From NCBI GenBank assembly GCA_963514005.1, contig OY740783.1, positions 6,324,001 to 6,388,000 of the forward strand: a stretch of 64,000 nt of DNA, written 5' to 3'. Shown piece by piece: positions 21,417-34,674 of this stretch. The stretch is from Raja brachyura. Its lineage: Eukaryota. The notes under the pieces are model-generated. The model was given only the letters and a program-made list of their open reading frames with translations. It did not search any database and was not told the origin of the DNA. Every line of letters starts with the position of its first letter. Within the stretch, counting starts at the first letter, position 1. A program made the translations under genes and the position numbers.

Positions 21417-24400
21417 CATAGAAACATAGAAAATAGGTGCAGCAGCAGGCCATTCGGCCCTTCGAGCCTGCACCGCAATTCAATATGATCATGGCTAATC
21501 ATCCAACTCTGTATCCTGTACCTGCCTTCTCTCCATACCCCCTGATCCCATTAGCCACAAGGGCCACATCTAACTTCCTCTTGAATATAACCAATGAACT
21601 GGCCTCAACTACGCTCTGTGGCAGAGAATTCCACAGATTCACCACACGGTCCTAACGTTCTGTTACAGCCAATATTCAATAAATATCTGCACCTGTGAAT
21701 ATATTAGCCTGGTTTCTGTATTCACCACGATCAGAGGCGACATGCATTTTACCTGTTTATACTTCGAGCCAGCACTGCCATTCAATGTGATCATGGCTGA
21801 TCATCCCCAATCAATATCCCGTTCCTGCCTTCTCCCCATATCCCCTGACTCCGCTATCTATAGAAGCCCTATCTAACTCGTTCTTGAAAGTATCCAGCGA
21901 ACCTGCCTCCACTGCCGCCAGAGAATTCCAACTCTGTGTGAAAAATTGTTTCCTCATCTCCGTTCTAAATGGCTTACCCCTTATTCTTAAACTGTGGCCC
22001 TGGGTTCTGGAATCCCCCAACATCGGGAACACGTTTCCTGCCTCTAGTGTGTCCAAATCCTTAATAATCTTATATGTTTCAATAAGATATCCTCTCATTC
22101 TTCTAAACTCCAGAGTATACAAGCCCAGCTGCTCCATTCTCTCAGCATATGACAGTCCCGCCATCCCAGGAATTAACCTTGTAAACCTATGCTGCACTCC
22201 CTCAATAGCAAGAATGTCCTTCCCCAAATTAGGGGATCAAAACTGCAAAAAATATTCCAGGTGTGGTCTCACTGGGGCCGTATACAACTGCAGAAGGACC
22301 TCTTCGCTCTTGTACTCAACTCATCTTGTTATGAAGGCCAACATGCCATTCGTTTTCTTCACTGCCTGCTGTACCTGAATGCTGACTTTCATTGACGTGA
22401 ACAAGGACCCCAGATCCCGTTGTACTTCCCCTTTTCCCAAATTGACACCATTTAGATAATAATCTGCCTCCCTGTTTTTGCTACCCAAGTATATAACCTC
22501 ACATTTATCCACATTAAACTTCATCGGCCATGCATCTGCCCACTCCCCCAACCTGTCCAAGTCACCCTGCATTGTCATAGCATCCTCCTCACAGTTCACA
22601 CTGCCACCCAGCTTTGTGTCATCTGCAAATTTGCTAATGTTACTTTGAATCCCTTCATCCAAATCATTGATGTATATTGTAAATAGCTGCGGTCCCAGCA
22701 CCGAACCTTGCGGTACCCCACTAGTCACTGCCTGCCATTCTGAAAGGTACCCGTTAATCCCTACTCAGTGTTTCCTGTCTGCCAACCAATTTTCTATCCA
22801 TATCAGCACTCTACCCCCAATACCATGTGCGCTAATTTTGCCCACTATTCTCCTATTTGCGACCTTATCAAATGCTTTCTGAATGTCCAACTACACTACA
22901 TCCACTGGCTCTCCCTTGTCCATTTTCCTAGTTACATCCTCAAAAAATTCCAGAAGATTAGTCGAGCATGATTAGTCATGCCATTAGTCATACCAATATA
23001 CAAAACTGGGAACAAGCATCATTTCACAAACTACAGACCTGTTTCTTTACTCCCTCAATTCTCCAAAATACTAGAAAAAATGTTCAACAATAGACTAGAT
23101 ATATTTGTAGAAAAGCATAAACTAATCACTGAAAGTCAATATGGATTCAGATCAAACAGATCAACATCACTTGCAATAATAGAATCAATTGAAGATATCA
23201 CAAACGCTGTTGACAATAAACTATATGCAGCTGGGATATTTATTGATATAAAGAAAGCATTTGATACAATCAATCATGATATCATTTTTTAAAAAATAGA
23301 AAGGTATGGCATCAGAGGTCTAGTACTGGATTAGATAAAAAGCTATTTAAGTAACAGGCAACAGTTTGTGAAGCTGGGCAGCTCATTAAACTTGAGCAAA
23401 ATCAAAATAATGTTATTTGGTAATTGCAGAACAAATACACAAGCGAATATAAAGATAAATGGGGTTCAAATTGAACGAGTTCATGAAAATAAATTTCTTG
23501 GTGTTATAATGGATGATAGAATCAGCTGGAAATCACACATGTACAATCCAAACTGTCAAAAAGCATTTCTGTATTACACAAAGTTAAGCAGGTTCTGGAT
23601 CACAAATCACTCCGCATTCTCTACTGTTCACTAATCTTACCCTACTTAAATTACCGTGCAGAAGTCTGGGGCAATAACTATAAAAGTTCGCTACATTCAT
23701 TAACTATTCTGCAAAAACGAGCAATACGCATTATTCACAATGTCAGGTATCTGGATCACACTAGTTCATTATTCTTACAGTCAAAATTATTAAAATCAGC
23801 AGATTTGGTTGCATTTGAAACAGCACAGATAATGTTTCGGGCCAAAAATAAAAACTTACCTGGAAATATACAAAAATTATTCAATGAGCGAGTGGGGGGT
23901 TATAATTTAAGAAGAATATTTAATTTTAAGGTACAAAGAGTCCGCACGACCAGAAAAACTTTTTGTATTTCGGTCTGTGGAGTGGGATTGTGGAACAGTT
24001 TGAATGTGGAGTTAAAGCAACGTCCAAACATGAACCAGTTCAAAATGACAGACAAACAACTTTTTTTCACAAGGTACAGGGATGAAGGGGATGGTTGACA
24101 AACAGGGGTTAATGTTTATTTATTTATTTTATTTATTATTTATTTATGTTTTTTGGTTACTTCATACATATCACTTGTATGTGTTTATCAGTTGTATGTA
24201 TATATATGTCTGTATGCATCTCTAAAAATAGTCTGGGGTACGTCTACGGTTAAATTGTTTCTCAAATGAATAATTAGCTATTGTAGATTACATATTGTAT
24301 ATTATGTTACATATTACATTACTATTGATACATTATCATTATTATTATTATAAGCAATGTTATTAATAATGGTGATAATTATTATAATTAATAAATTAAT

Positions 24401-24796
24401 AATTAAATATGGAAGAAGGGTTTAGGGAGGAGGGGTGAGATTAAATATGTTATTTTTCTTCTCACTCCTTTTCGAGCTTGTAAAGAAAAAGTGTTGCACA
24501 TTTAAATTTTGCTTTATGCTTTTCATTGCTTTGCAAATATTGCCTGGAATGTCCAATTGTTTGACTATTTCGATTTTGTTGGTGTTAATTATTCCTATTT
24601 ATGTCTTTACTTGTTCGGAACAAATGAACAAATAAATAAACTATTTCCCCTTTGTAAACACATGCTGACTCAGACCAATCCTGTTACTACTATTCAAATG
24701 TGCCGCTATTTCATCTTTTATAATTGACTCCAGCATCTTCCCCACCACCGGTGTCAGGCTAACTGGTCTATAATTCCCTGTTTTCTCTCTCTCGCC
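21417..24796 (-). mobile_element. CR1 fragments (21417-21645; 21762-22975 resuming at 24644-24796)
   Basis: RT and C-terminal ORF fragments 21811-22728; interrupted by another LINE. Confidence 0.85.
22976..24640 (+). mobile_element. L2-group (Crack-like) LINE, 5'-truncated and decayed, nested in CR1
   Basis: NYRPVSLLPQFSKILEK..QYGFR..IFIDIKKAFDTINH RT motifs distinct from local CR1; AT-rich 3' UTR and (AAAT)n tail. Family name is tentative. Confidence 0.75.
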
Positions 24797-26200
24797 TGGG
24801 GGGGGGGGGGGGGGGGGAGGGGGGGGGCTCTCTGTTGAGCTAGTACGGGTGTTGTGGGGAAAGGGACTGGTTTCCAGAGGGCTAATATGGTCATGGTGGG
24901 CTGAATGGATTCTTGGGCTGGCAGCTCAGTCACTTATGGCTGGTGGGCTGGCAGTTCACTTACTCACGGCTGGTGGGCCAGCAGTGTAGTCACTTACGGC
25001 TGGTGGGCTAGCAGTTCACTTAGTCACAGCTGGTGGGCTGGCAGTTCACTTACTCACGGCTGGTGGGCTGGCAGTGCAGTCACTCACGGCTGGTGGGCTG
25101 GCAGTACAGTCACTCATGGCTGGTGGGCTGTCAGTGCAGTCACTCACGGCTGGTGGGCTGGCAGTGCAGTCACTCACGGCTGGTAGACTGACAGTACAGT
25201 CACTCACGGCTGGTGGACTGGCAGTGCAGTCAATTATGGCTTGTGGGCTGGCAGTTTACTTACTCACGACTCGTGGGCTGGCAGTTCAGTCACTGACGGC
25301 TGGTGGGCTGCCTGTGCAGTCACTGACAGCTGGTGGACTGGCAGTGCAGTCATTCACGCCTGGTACGCTGGCAGTTCACTCTGTCACCCCTGCTCCCTTC
25401 AGCCCCCCTCTCTGCTCCTTGCCATTCCCCTCCCCCACACACATTCAGTCCATCTCCCCACAACCTCCCCCCATGCACTCATAGTGGCTCTCCCACAGAG
25501 CATCCATTCCTGCCCATTAGGTCAACATTCTTGGTCGATGTTCCGTTCTTCAGGAAACCTTTGACATTTCCCTTCATCTTTCCTCGGTTTAGAGACACAT
25601 ATAGTTTTCCATGCTGAAATACCAGTTTGTCGAGGTAGATCAACACCTGCATTGTTTGTTCATGTGCTTTATGGATCGTCATAGCAAAACTTAATTGAAT
25701 GGGGAATTGGGTCTGCTGAAGGGGAATGTCTTCGCCTTCTGTTAAATTGAGTGCATACACAGCTCTCTGCTCCGCATTCACCACAGGCCCATTCTCCTCA
25801 ACAAATTGCTGTTGTTCAGTTCTATCGTATAGCAATTCCTGCAGCAAATCTGGATTGTCATCATCAAGGTGCATCCTTCCATTTCTCGGTTGTGGCAAAT
25901 TAAAGAATTCCATTGTTTTGTTGTAATTCTCAATCCTCTGGACTCACTGAAGAATTTGTGCAAAACATTTATTTGAGGTGGGGCTGTCAGGGTAGGGAGG
26001 GGTGGGGGGGGGGCAAACGTCCTGCAGCCGAGGGAGGGGGACGGCTTCAGGCGGGGGCTCTCATGGGCTGATGGGGGATGGGGATATCCTGCAGCGGGGG
26101 ATGGGGGTGGCTTCAGGACAGGGAGCATCCTATAGTCAGGCGGAGGGGCAGCGTCTTGAGGTGGGGGATGTCAGTGGGGGGGGGGGGGGGGGGAGAGCGA
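24797..26200 (-). mobile_element. Helitron remnant with PIF1-type helicase fragment and 30-bp minisatellite
   Basis: ORF 25479-25913: QFPIQLSFAMTIHKA..VFQHGKLYVSLNR (decayed helicase C-terminal motifs); shares TTCTTGGG.TGGCAGCTCAGTC and the repeat unit with 17390-17480. Confidence 0.8.
24915..25385. repeat. 30-bp minisatellite (~15 units)
   Basis: Unit TGGTGGGCTGGCAGTGCAGTCACTCACGGC. Confidence 0.93.
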
Positions 26201-26494
26201 CCTACTCATGGCCTCTGGACTCACGAACTGCCTTGGGACTAAGTCATGGTCTCTGGACTAACAGACTGAATCACGGCTTGTGGACTGACTGACTTGTGCC
26301 CGACTTCTGGAGCCACGTCTGACTTTTGTAAACTGAAAACTGTAACATCCACATTGAGGAACAGCTTCTTCCTGATAGCCATCAGGCTATTAAACAACAA
26401 ACATGGTCTGAACTACGAAAGACAGCCGGAAGTGGCGGTGTTCTTTCAGAAATCACAAAACAGAAAGTCAGAAAGCGATCAAGATCTTAGTTTT

Positions 26495-27150
26495 AGTCAA
26501 TCTAAATCCTTGCTCCCTGTACCAGCCCCTCAGCCACACATTCAAATTCCCTATCTCCATGTTCCTGTCCTCACTAACACGAAGTACTGGAAGCAATCCA
26601 GAGATAACCACCCTAGAAGTCCTGCTTATCAGTCTTCTTCCAAACTCTCTGAACTCATGTTGGAGAACCTCCTTCCTCTTCTTCACTATGTTGTTTGTGT
26701 CTACGTGCACAACTACTGCCGGCTGTTCACCTTCTCTCTGGAGGATGTTCTGAATTCAGCTCATGACATCCTGAACCCTGGCACCAGGGAGGCAACAGAC
26801 CATCCTCGTGTCTCATCTGCCACCATAGAATTTCCTGTCTGCTCTTCAGACAATGGAGTCACCCACCGCTAGGGCTCTGCCCGACACCGGTCAAGTCCCA
26901 TCTCTAGGATTGGAGCCACCGACGTGTCCGCCGCTGACTGGAAGCATCGTCTCCCCAGACAGTTCCCAAGAGGCACAGCCACCTGGGTCTCCTGCCCTCC
27001 TCAGTTACCACCCTCTCTCTCAGTCACACACCTTCGTTCTTCCCGTCCTCAGCATGACAACCTCACTGTAGGTTCTGTCCAGGAAACTTTCATTTTCCCA
27101 GATGGCCCTGAGGTAATCCAGCTGCTTCTCCAGTGCCCCAACACGATCGG
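26495..27150 (-). mobile_element. CR1 ORF1 (SGNH esterase-like) fragment
   Basis: ..RVVISGLLPV..NLNVWLRGW..; homologous to 39165-39640 and 46150-46950. Confidence 0.8.
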
Positions 27151-27585
27151 TGTTGATACTGATCCATTGTAAGATATCCAAGCGGATCTTGGGATGCTGC
27201 GTGTGGTAAAGGTTGACAATGCAAGAGGCTCGGTGTGGGAATGGGAAGCAGAGCTAAACTGGCTGTGATCCTTTACGGATAGAGCATAAATGATCATCAA
27301 AACGGTCGCCTAATGTACGCTTGGTCTCACCAATGTACACAAACGAACATCACGGGAAACAGATGCTGCACACGTGATCTCCAAAGGTGGATGTGAATCT
27401 CAGTCTGACCTGGGACGACTGTCTGTGTGGCTGGTGGATGTGAAACAGCAGCTGTCGGGCCAGGCGTTACATCCCATGCGGATGCAGGGAGAATGCTTGG
27501 GAATGGAGCGGTTTTGGTGAGCAGACCAAGCAACTGCGGACAATGTGGTCTCTACGGAAAGCGGAAGGGGTGGAATGGGAAAGAT
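27150..27585 (-). mobile_element. Penelope-like GIY-YIG endonuclease fragment
   Basis: Minus-strand translation ..IGETKRTLGDRFDDHLCSIRKG.. matches the PLE YIGETKR.L..RF.EH motif. Confidence 0.7.
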
Positions 27586-30500
27586 AGAGACATAGAGACA
27601 TAGAGTGATACAGTGTGGACACAGGCCCTTTGGCCCAACTCGCCCACACTGAGCAACATTGTCCCAGTACACTTGTACCACTTGCCTGCGCTTGGTCCAT
27701 AACCCTCCAAACCTGTCCTATCCATGTACCTGTCCAACTGTTTATTTAACGATGGGATAGTCCCAGCCTCAACTACCTCCTCTAGGAGCTCGTTCCATAC
27801 ACCCACCACCATCTGTGTGAAAAAGTTACCCCTCGGATTCCTATTAAATCTTTTCCCCTTCACCTTGAACCTATGAACATTGAAACTGCTAGAGTCAGTT
27901 ATTAAAGATGGGATAGCAGTACATTTGGAAAGTGGTGAAATCATTATACAAAGTCAGCATGGATTTACGAAAGGTAAATCATGTCTGACGAATCTTATAG
28001 AATTTTTCGAGGATGTAACTAGCAGAGTGGATAAGGGAGAAGCAGTGGATGTGTTATGGGATGGGAAGCAGAGCTAAACTGGCTGTGATCCTTTACGGAT
28101 AGAGCGTAAATGATCATCAAACAGGATAAACAGGGTCTGATCAGGAATAGTCAATGTGGATTTGTGCCTAGAAGGGCATGTTTGACAAACCTTCTTCAAT
28201 TTTTTGAAGAGGTTACTAGGGAAATTGATGAGGGTAAAGCAGTGGATGTTGTCTATATGGAGTTCAGTATGGCCTTTGACAAGGTTCCCCGTGGAAGGTT
28301 GGTTAAGAAGGTTCAATCTTTGGGTGTTAATGGCGGAGTAGCAAGATGGATTCAACAGTGGCTGAATGGGAGATATCAGAGAGTAATGGTGGATGGCTGT
28401 TTGTCAGATTGGAAGCCGGTGACCAGTGGGGTGCCTCAGGGATCTGTGTTGGGTCCACGGTTGTTTGTCATGTACATAAATGATCTGGATGATGGGGTGG
28501 AAAATTGGATAAGTAAGTATGCAGATGATATTAAGATAGGTGGTGTTGTGGATAATGAAGTAGATTTTCAAAGTCTACAGAGAGATTTGGCCATTTGGAA
28601 AAGTGGGCTGAAAGATGGCAGATGGAGTTTAATGCTGATAAGTGTGAAGTGCTACATCTTGGCAGGACAAATCAAAATAGGACGTACAATGTAAATGGTA
28701 GGGAATTGAGGAATGCTGTGGAACAGAGGGATCTAGGAATAACTGCATAGTTCCCTGAAGGTGGAATCGCATGTAGATAGGGTGGTAAAGAAAGCTTTTG
28801 GTGTGCTGGCCTTTATAAATCAGAGCATTGAATATAGGAGTAGGGAAGTAATGTTAAAATTGTACAAGGCATTGGTAAGACCAATTCTGGAGTATGGTGT
28901 ACAATTTTGGTCGCCTAATTATAGGAAGGATGTCAACAAAATAGAGAGTACAAAGGAAATTTACTAGAATGTTGCCTGGGTTCCAGCAACTAAGTTACAG
29001 AGAAAGGTTGAACAAGTTAGGTCTTTATTCTTTGGAGCGCAGAAGGTTAAGGGGGGACTTGATTGAGGTCTTTAAAATGATGAAAGGGACAGACAGAGTT
29101 TACATGGATAAGCTTTTCCCATTGAGGGTAGGGAAGATTCAAACAAGAGGGCATGACATGAGAATTAAGGGACAGATGTTTAGGGGTAACATGAGGGGGA
29201 ACTTCTTTACTCAGAGAGTGGTGGCTGTGTGGAATGAGCTTCCAGCAGAAGTGGTGGAGGCAGGATCGATTTTAACATTTAAAAGTAAAGTGGATAGGTA
29301 TATCGACGGGAAGGGAATGGAGGGGTATGGTCTGAGTGCAGGTAGGTGGGACTAGGGGAAAATAAATGGTCAGCACGGACTGAAAGGGCCGAGAAGGCCT
29401 GTTTCCGTGCTGTCATTGTTATCTGGTTATATGGTTATATATAGACTTTCAGAAGGCTTTCGACAAGGTCCCACAGAAGAGATTAGTATACAAACTTAAA
29501 GCACACGGTATTGGGAGTTCAGTATTGATGTGGATAGAGAACTGGCTGGCAGACAGGAAGCAAAGGGTAGGAGTAAACGGGTCCTTTTCAGAATGGCAGG
29601 CAGTGACTAGTGGGGTACCGCAAGGCTCAGTGCTTGGACACCAGCTATTTACAATATATATATTAATGATTTGGATGAGGGAATTGAATGCAACATCTCC
29701 AAGTTTGCAGATGACATTAAGCTGGGGGTAGTGTTAGGTGTGAGGAGGATGCTAGGAGGCTGCAAGGTGACGTGGATAGGCAGGGTGAGTGGGCAAATGC
29801 ATGGCAGATGCAGTATAATGTGGATAAATGTGAGGTTATCCACTCATGTGGCAAAAACATGAGGGTAGACTATTATCTGAATGGTGGCAAATTAGGAAAA
29901 GGGGAGATGCAACGAGACCTGGGTGTCATGGCACACCAATCATTGAAAGTGGGCATGCAGGTGCAGCAGGCTGTGAAGAAAGCAAATGGTATGTTAGTAT
30001 TCATAGCGAAAGGATTTGAGTATAGGAGCAGGGAGGTTCTACTGCAGTTGAAAGATTGGATAGACTCGGCTTGTACTCGCTGGAATTTAGAAGATTGAGG
30101 GGGGATCTTATAGAAACTTACAAAATTCTTAAGGGATTGGACAAGCTAGATGCTGGAAGATTGGTCCCGATGTTGGGGGAGTCCAGAACAAGGGGTCACA
30201 TTCTAAGGATAAGGGGGAATTCCTTTAGGACCGAGATGAGGAAAACATTCTTTACACAGAGAGTGGTGAGTCTCTGGAATTCTCTGCCACAGAAGGTAGT
30301 TGAGGCCAGTTCATTGGCTATATTTAAGAGGGCGTTAGATGTGGCACTTGTGGCTAAAGGGATCAGGTGGTATGGAGAGAAGGCAGGTACAGGATACTGA
30401 GTTGGATGATCAGCCATGATCACATTGAATGGCGGTGCGGGCTCGAAGGGCTGAATGGCCTACTCCTGCACCTATTTCTCTATGTCTCTCTCTATGTTTC

Positions 30501-31820
30501 TACAGGGTTTTGGTGAGCCCACACCTGGAGTATTGCGTACAGTTTTGGACTCCAAATCTGAGGAAAGACATTCTTGCCATAGAGGGGGTTCAGAGAAGGT
30601 TCACCAGACTGATTCCTGGGACGTCAGGACTTTCATATGAGGAAAGACTGGATAGACTTGGCTTGTACTTGCTAGAAGTTAAAAGACTGAGGGGGGATCT
30701 TAAAAAAACTTACAAAATTCTTAAGGGGTTGGATAGGCTAGATGAAGGAAGATTGTTCCCGATGTTGGGGAGGTCCAGAACAAGGGGTCATAGTCTAAGG
30801 ATAAGGGGGAATTCCTTTAGGACCGAGATGAGGAAAACATTTTTCACACAGAGAGTGGTGAGTCTCTGGAATTCTCTGCCACAGAAGGTAGTTGAGGCCA
30901 GTTCATTGGCTATATTTAAGAGGGAGTTAGATGTGGCCTTTGTGGTTAAAGGGATCAGAGGGAATGGAGAGAAGGCAGGTACAGGATACTGAGTTGGATG
31001 ATCAGCCATGATCATATTGAATGGCGGTGCAGGCTCGAAGGGCCGAATGGCCTACTCCTGCACCTATTTTCTATGTTTCTACATTTCTATATCCTCAGGT
31101 CCTCGATTCCCCTACTCTCATGACTTTGTATAACTCTATAAGATCTCCCCTCATCCTCCTACACTCCATGGAATAGAGACCCAGCCTACTTAACCTCTCC
31201 TTCTAGCTCACACGCTCTAGTCCTGGCAGCTTCCTTGTAAATCTTTTCTGAACCCCTTCAAGCTTGAAAATATCTTTCCTATAACATGGTGCCCAGAACT
31301 GAACACAGTACTCTGAACACAGTGCGGTCTCACCAATGTTTTATACAACTGCAACATGACCTCCCAACTTCTATACTCAATACTCTGACTGATGAAGTCC
31401 AAAGTGCCAAAATCATTATTGACCACCTTATTCACCTGCTACTCGACCTTCAAGGAAACATGCACCTGTTCTCCGAGATCCATCTGCTCCACAACACTAC
31501 CCAGATGCCTACAATTTACTGTGTATTGTCCTGCCCTTATTAGACGTCCCAAAAGGCAACACCTCACACTTCCTTGTATTAAATTCCATCAACCATTCCG
31601 CCACCCACCTGGCCAATCAATCCAGATCCTGCTGCAATCGTTCACAACCATCTTCACTATCTGTTGTATCATCAGCAAACTTGTTAATCTTGCCCTGTAT
31701 GTTCTCATCCAAATCATTGATGTAGATGACAAACCGTAACAGGACCAGCACCGAACCCTGTGGCACACCACTAGTCAGAGGCATCCAGTCCGAGAAGCAA
31801 CCTTCCACCATCAACCTCTG
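27583..31820. mobile_element. Cluster of CR1 fragments from several families: 27583-27880 (-), 27881-28057 (+), 28122-29440 (+, TTATATGG-tail family), 29441-31090 (+, two tandem 3' pieces), 31091-31820 (-)
   Basis: RT and C-terminal ORF fragments, with distinct 3' tails for each family. Confidence 0.85.
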
Positions 31821-31829
31821 TTTCAGTAC

Positions 31830-32330
31830 TTCCTCGACGGTAGCCCTGACTGCTCTCATGACACTTCCAATGACTGGATGCGACTGCAGATGAGATCGCC
31901 TTGAAGATATTGGAAATGTCAGAGAATTATATATTAAATGTGCAGACTGGTGTGGTGAAAAGCGAAGTCCAGAGGAACATTATCCTTGTTCCGTCTGAGG
32001 AAGGGCGAGTGAGAGAAGAACTGCGAGACACAGGGAAGATATGGATGAAGGTGAAATCCACAACTGCACGGGCTAAACCACGGCTACTGAAATTAAAGGA
32101 ATGTTTCGCGTGTCGCTGGGTGAAAAGCGTTTTCTTGGAAGTACAAGTAGCTGAGATGGAGAAATCGAGAGTAAGGGATGGCGTCCTTGCAAGAGGGAGA
32201 TTGGAAGGATGCAGTCAAAGTAACAAGTATTAATGGGCGTCTGTGCGTAGTCTATCTTTTGTGATGGAGACAGAGAGATCCTGAAAGCGGAGTTCCGTCA
32301 CAGAGATTGTCCTCGTGAATTTCCGTTATT
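31830..32330 (-). mobile_element. Old Penelope-like fragment
   Basis: Decayed similarity to the 3855-4345 fragment and to the PLE linker region. Confidence 0.55.
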
Positions 32331-33136
32331 CTATTTCATTTCTCCATGTCAGTAACACTCTCTGTAGACATGAAGCTTGTCAAGCCCTTAACGCAGGGTG
32401 AATTATATTCACATTTAAACTCCTTGACACCTCATTTTTACCATGTTACATGGGACATGCTCCAGGGAAATATTTGTAACGTGATTTCACGAACAACAGT
32501 ATTGTACACTGAATAATATTTATAGTAATGGATCACCACTTGACAAGAACATTAAAGATTGGAGCAGGGGAGGCCATTTGGCCCTTAAAACTGGTTCAGC
32601 CTTCAACCTGATCATTATGTGCCGGATTATTCAAAATATTATTAGATCCCTCCAACGCCCAGAACTCTATCTAGCAAATTTGTAAATGGATGTAATGAAC
32701 ATCCATTCTATCTTTTAATCAATTTCACTTCTCACTTTCAGTCCAAAGTGACTTTCGGTCCAAACTATCAGAAGAGCACAGTTAAATTATGAATCCTAAT
32801 GACCCATTTGTTATCCAATAGCGTCGCCAGTTGAGGGTTTGAGACACGTGTTGCTGGGCAGATCTTGGAGTTGTTAGTTCGCAGTCAGCAGCTCTGTGCA
32901 TCGGGCTGGAATCAGTGCATTCATTTCTCTAAATAATCCACAGGTGCTTCCGTTCAGTTATTCCTGCTCTTTGCTAACGGTGGAGTGTTGGACTTCACCC
33001 ACACAATATGCGGGGGAAAGGTGAAAACAATTGGAATCAGAATAAATATGAATAAATATGAAATGCCATGCATTTAAAAATGAAGCTTTAAAGGTGAATT
33101 CTGAGGCTAATAAAATTAAGTGAGACACAGATGTGG

Positions 33137-34670
33137 CATAGAAACATAGAAACATAGAAAATAGGTGCAGGAGGAGGGCATTTGGCCCTTCGAGCCAGCA
33201 CCGCCATTCATTCCGATCATGGCTGATCGTCCCGAATCAATAACCAGTGCCTGCATGCTCCCCATATCCTTTGATTCCACTAGCCCCTAGAGCTCTATCT
33301 AATTCTCTCTTAAATCCATCCAGTAATTTGGCCTCCACTTCCCTCTGTGGCAGGGAATTCCACAAATTCACAACTCTCTGGGTGAAAAAGTTTTTTCTCA
33401 CCTCAGTCTTAAATGGCCTCTCCTTTATTCTAAGACTGTGTCCCCTGGTTCTGGACTCGCCCAACATTGGGAACATTTTTCCTGCATCTAGCTGATCCAG
33501 TCCTTTTATAATTTTATATGTTTCTATAAGATCACCACTCATCCTTCTAAACTCCAGTGAACACAAGCCTAGTCTTTTCAATCTTTCCTCAGATGACAGT
33601 CCCGCCATCCCAGGGATCAATCTCGTGAACCTACGCGGCACTACCTCAATCACAAGGATGTCCTTCCTCAAATTAGGGGACCAAAACTGTACGCAATACT
33701 CCAGATGTGGTCTTACCAGAGCCTTATACAACTGCAGAAGAACCTCTCTACTCCTATACTGAAATCCTCTTGTTATGAAGGCCAACATTCCATTAGCTTT
33801 CTTCATTGCCTGCTGTACCTGCACGTCAACTTTCAGTAACCGGTGTACAAGGACACCCAGGTATAGCTGTACCTCCCCCTCACCCAATCTAACCCCATTG
33901 AGATAATAATCTGCCCCTTTGTTTTTGCCACCAAAGTGGATAACCTCACATTTATCTTTATTATACTGCATCTGCCACGCATCTGCCCACTCACTCAACC
34001 TGTCCAGGTCACCCTGCAACCTCCTAACATCCTCTTCACAGTTCACACTGCCACCCAGCTTTGTGTCATCCACAAACTTGCTAGTGCTGCTCCTAATTCC
34101 CACTACCAAATCATTAATATAAATGGTAAACAGTTGCGGCCCCAACACCGAGCCTTGCAGCACTCCACTCGCCACTGCCTGCCATTCTGAAAAGGACCCG
34201 TTCACTCCTACTCTTTGCTTCCTGTCTGCCAACCAATTTCTATCCACATCAGCACCCTACCCCCAATACCATGTGCTCTAATTTTAGTCACCAGTCTCCC
34301 ATGCAGGACCTTAGCAAAGGCTTTCTGAAAGTCTAGATACACTACAATCACTGGCTCCCCTTCATCCATTTTACTTGTCACATCCTCAAAAAATTCCAGA
34401 AGATTAGTCAAGTATGATTTTCCTTTCATAAATTCATGCTGACTTGGACTAATCCTTTTACTGCTATCCAAATGCCCCATTACTACCTCTTTAATAATTG
34501 ACTCCAGCATCTTTCCCACCACCGAAGTCAGGCTAACTGGTCTGTAATTCCCTGTTTTCTCTCTCGCTCCTTTCTTGAAAAGTGGGATAACATTAGCTAT
34601 CCTCCAATCCACAGGAAATGATCCTGAATCTATTGAAATTTGGAAAATAATCACCAATGCGTCCATTATT
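33137..34670 (-). mobile_element. CR1 LINE 3' half (one frameshift between ORFs 34208-34738 and 33237-34247)
   Basis: RT motifs and (CATAGAAA)n tail at 33137-33160. Confidence 0.92.
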
Positions 34671-34674
34671 TGAT

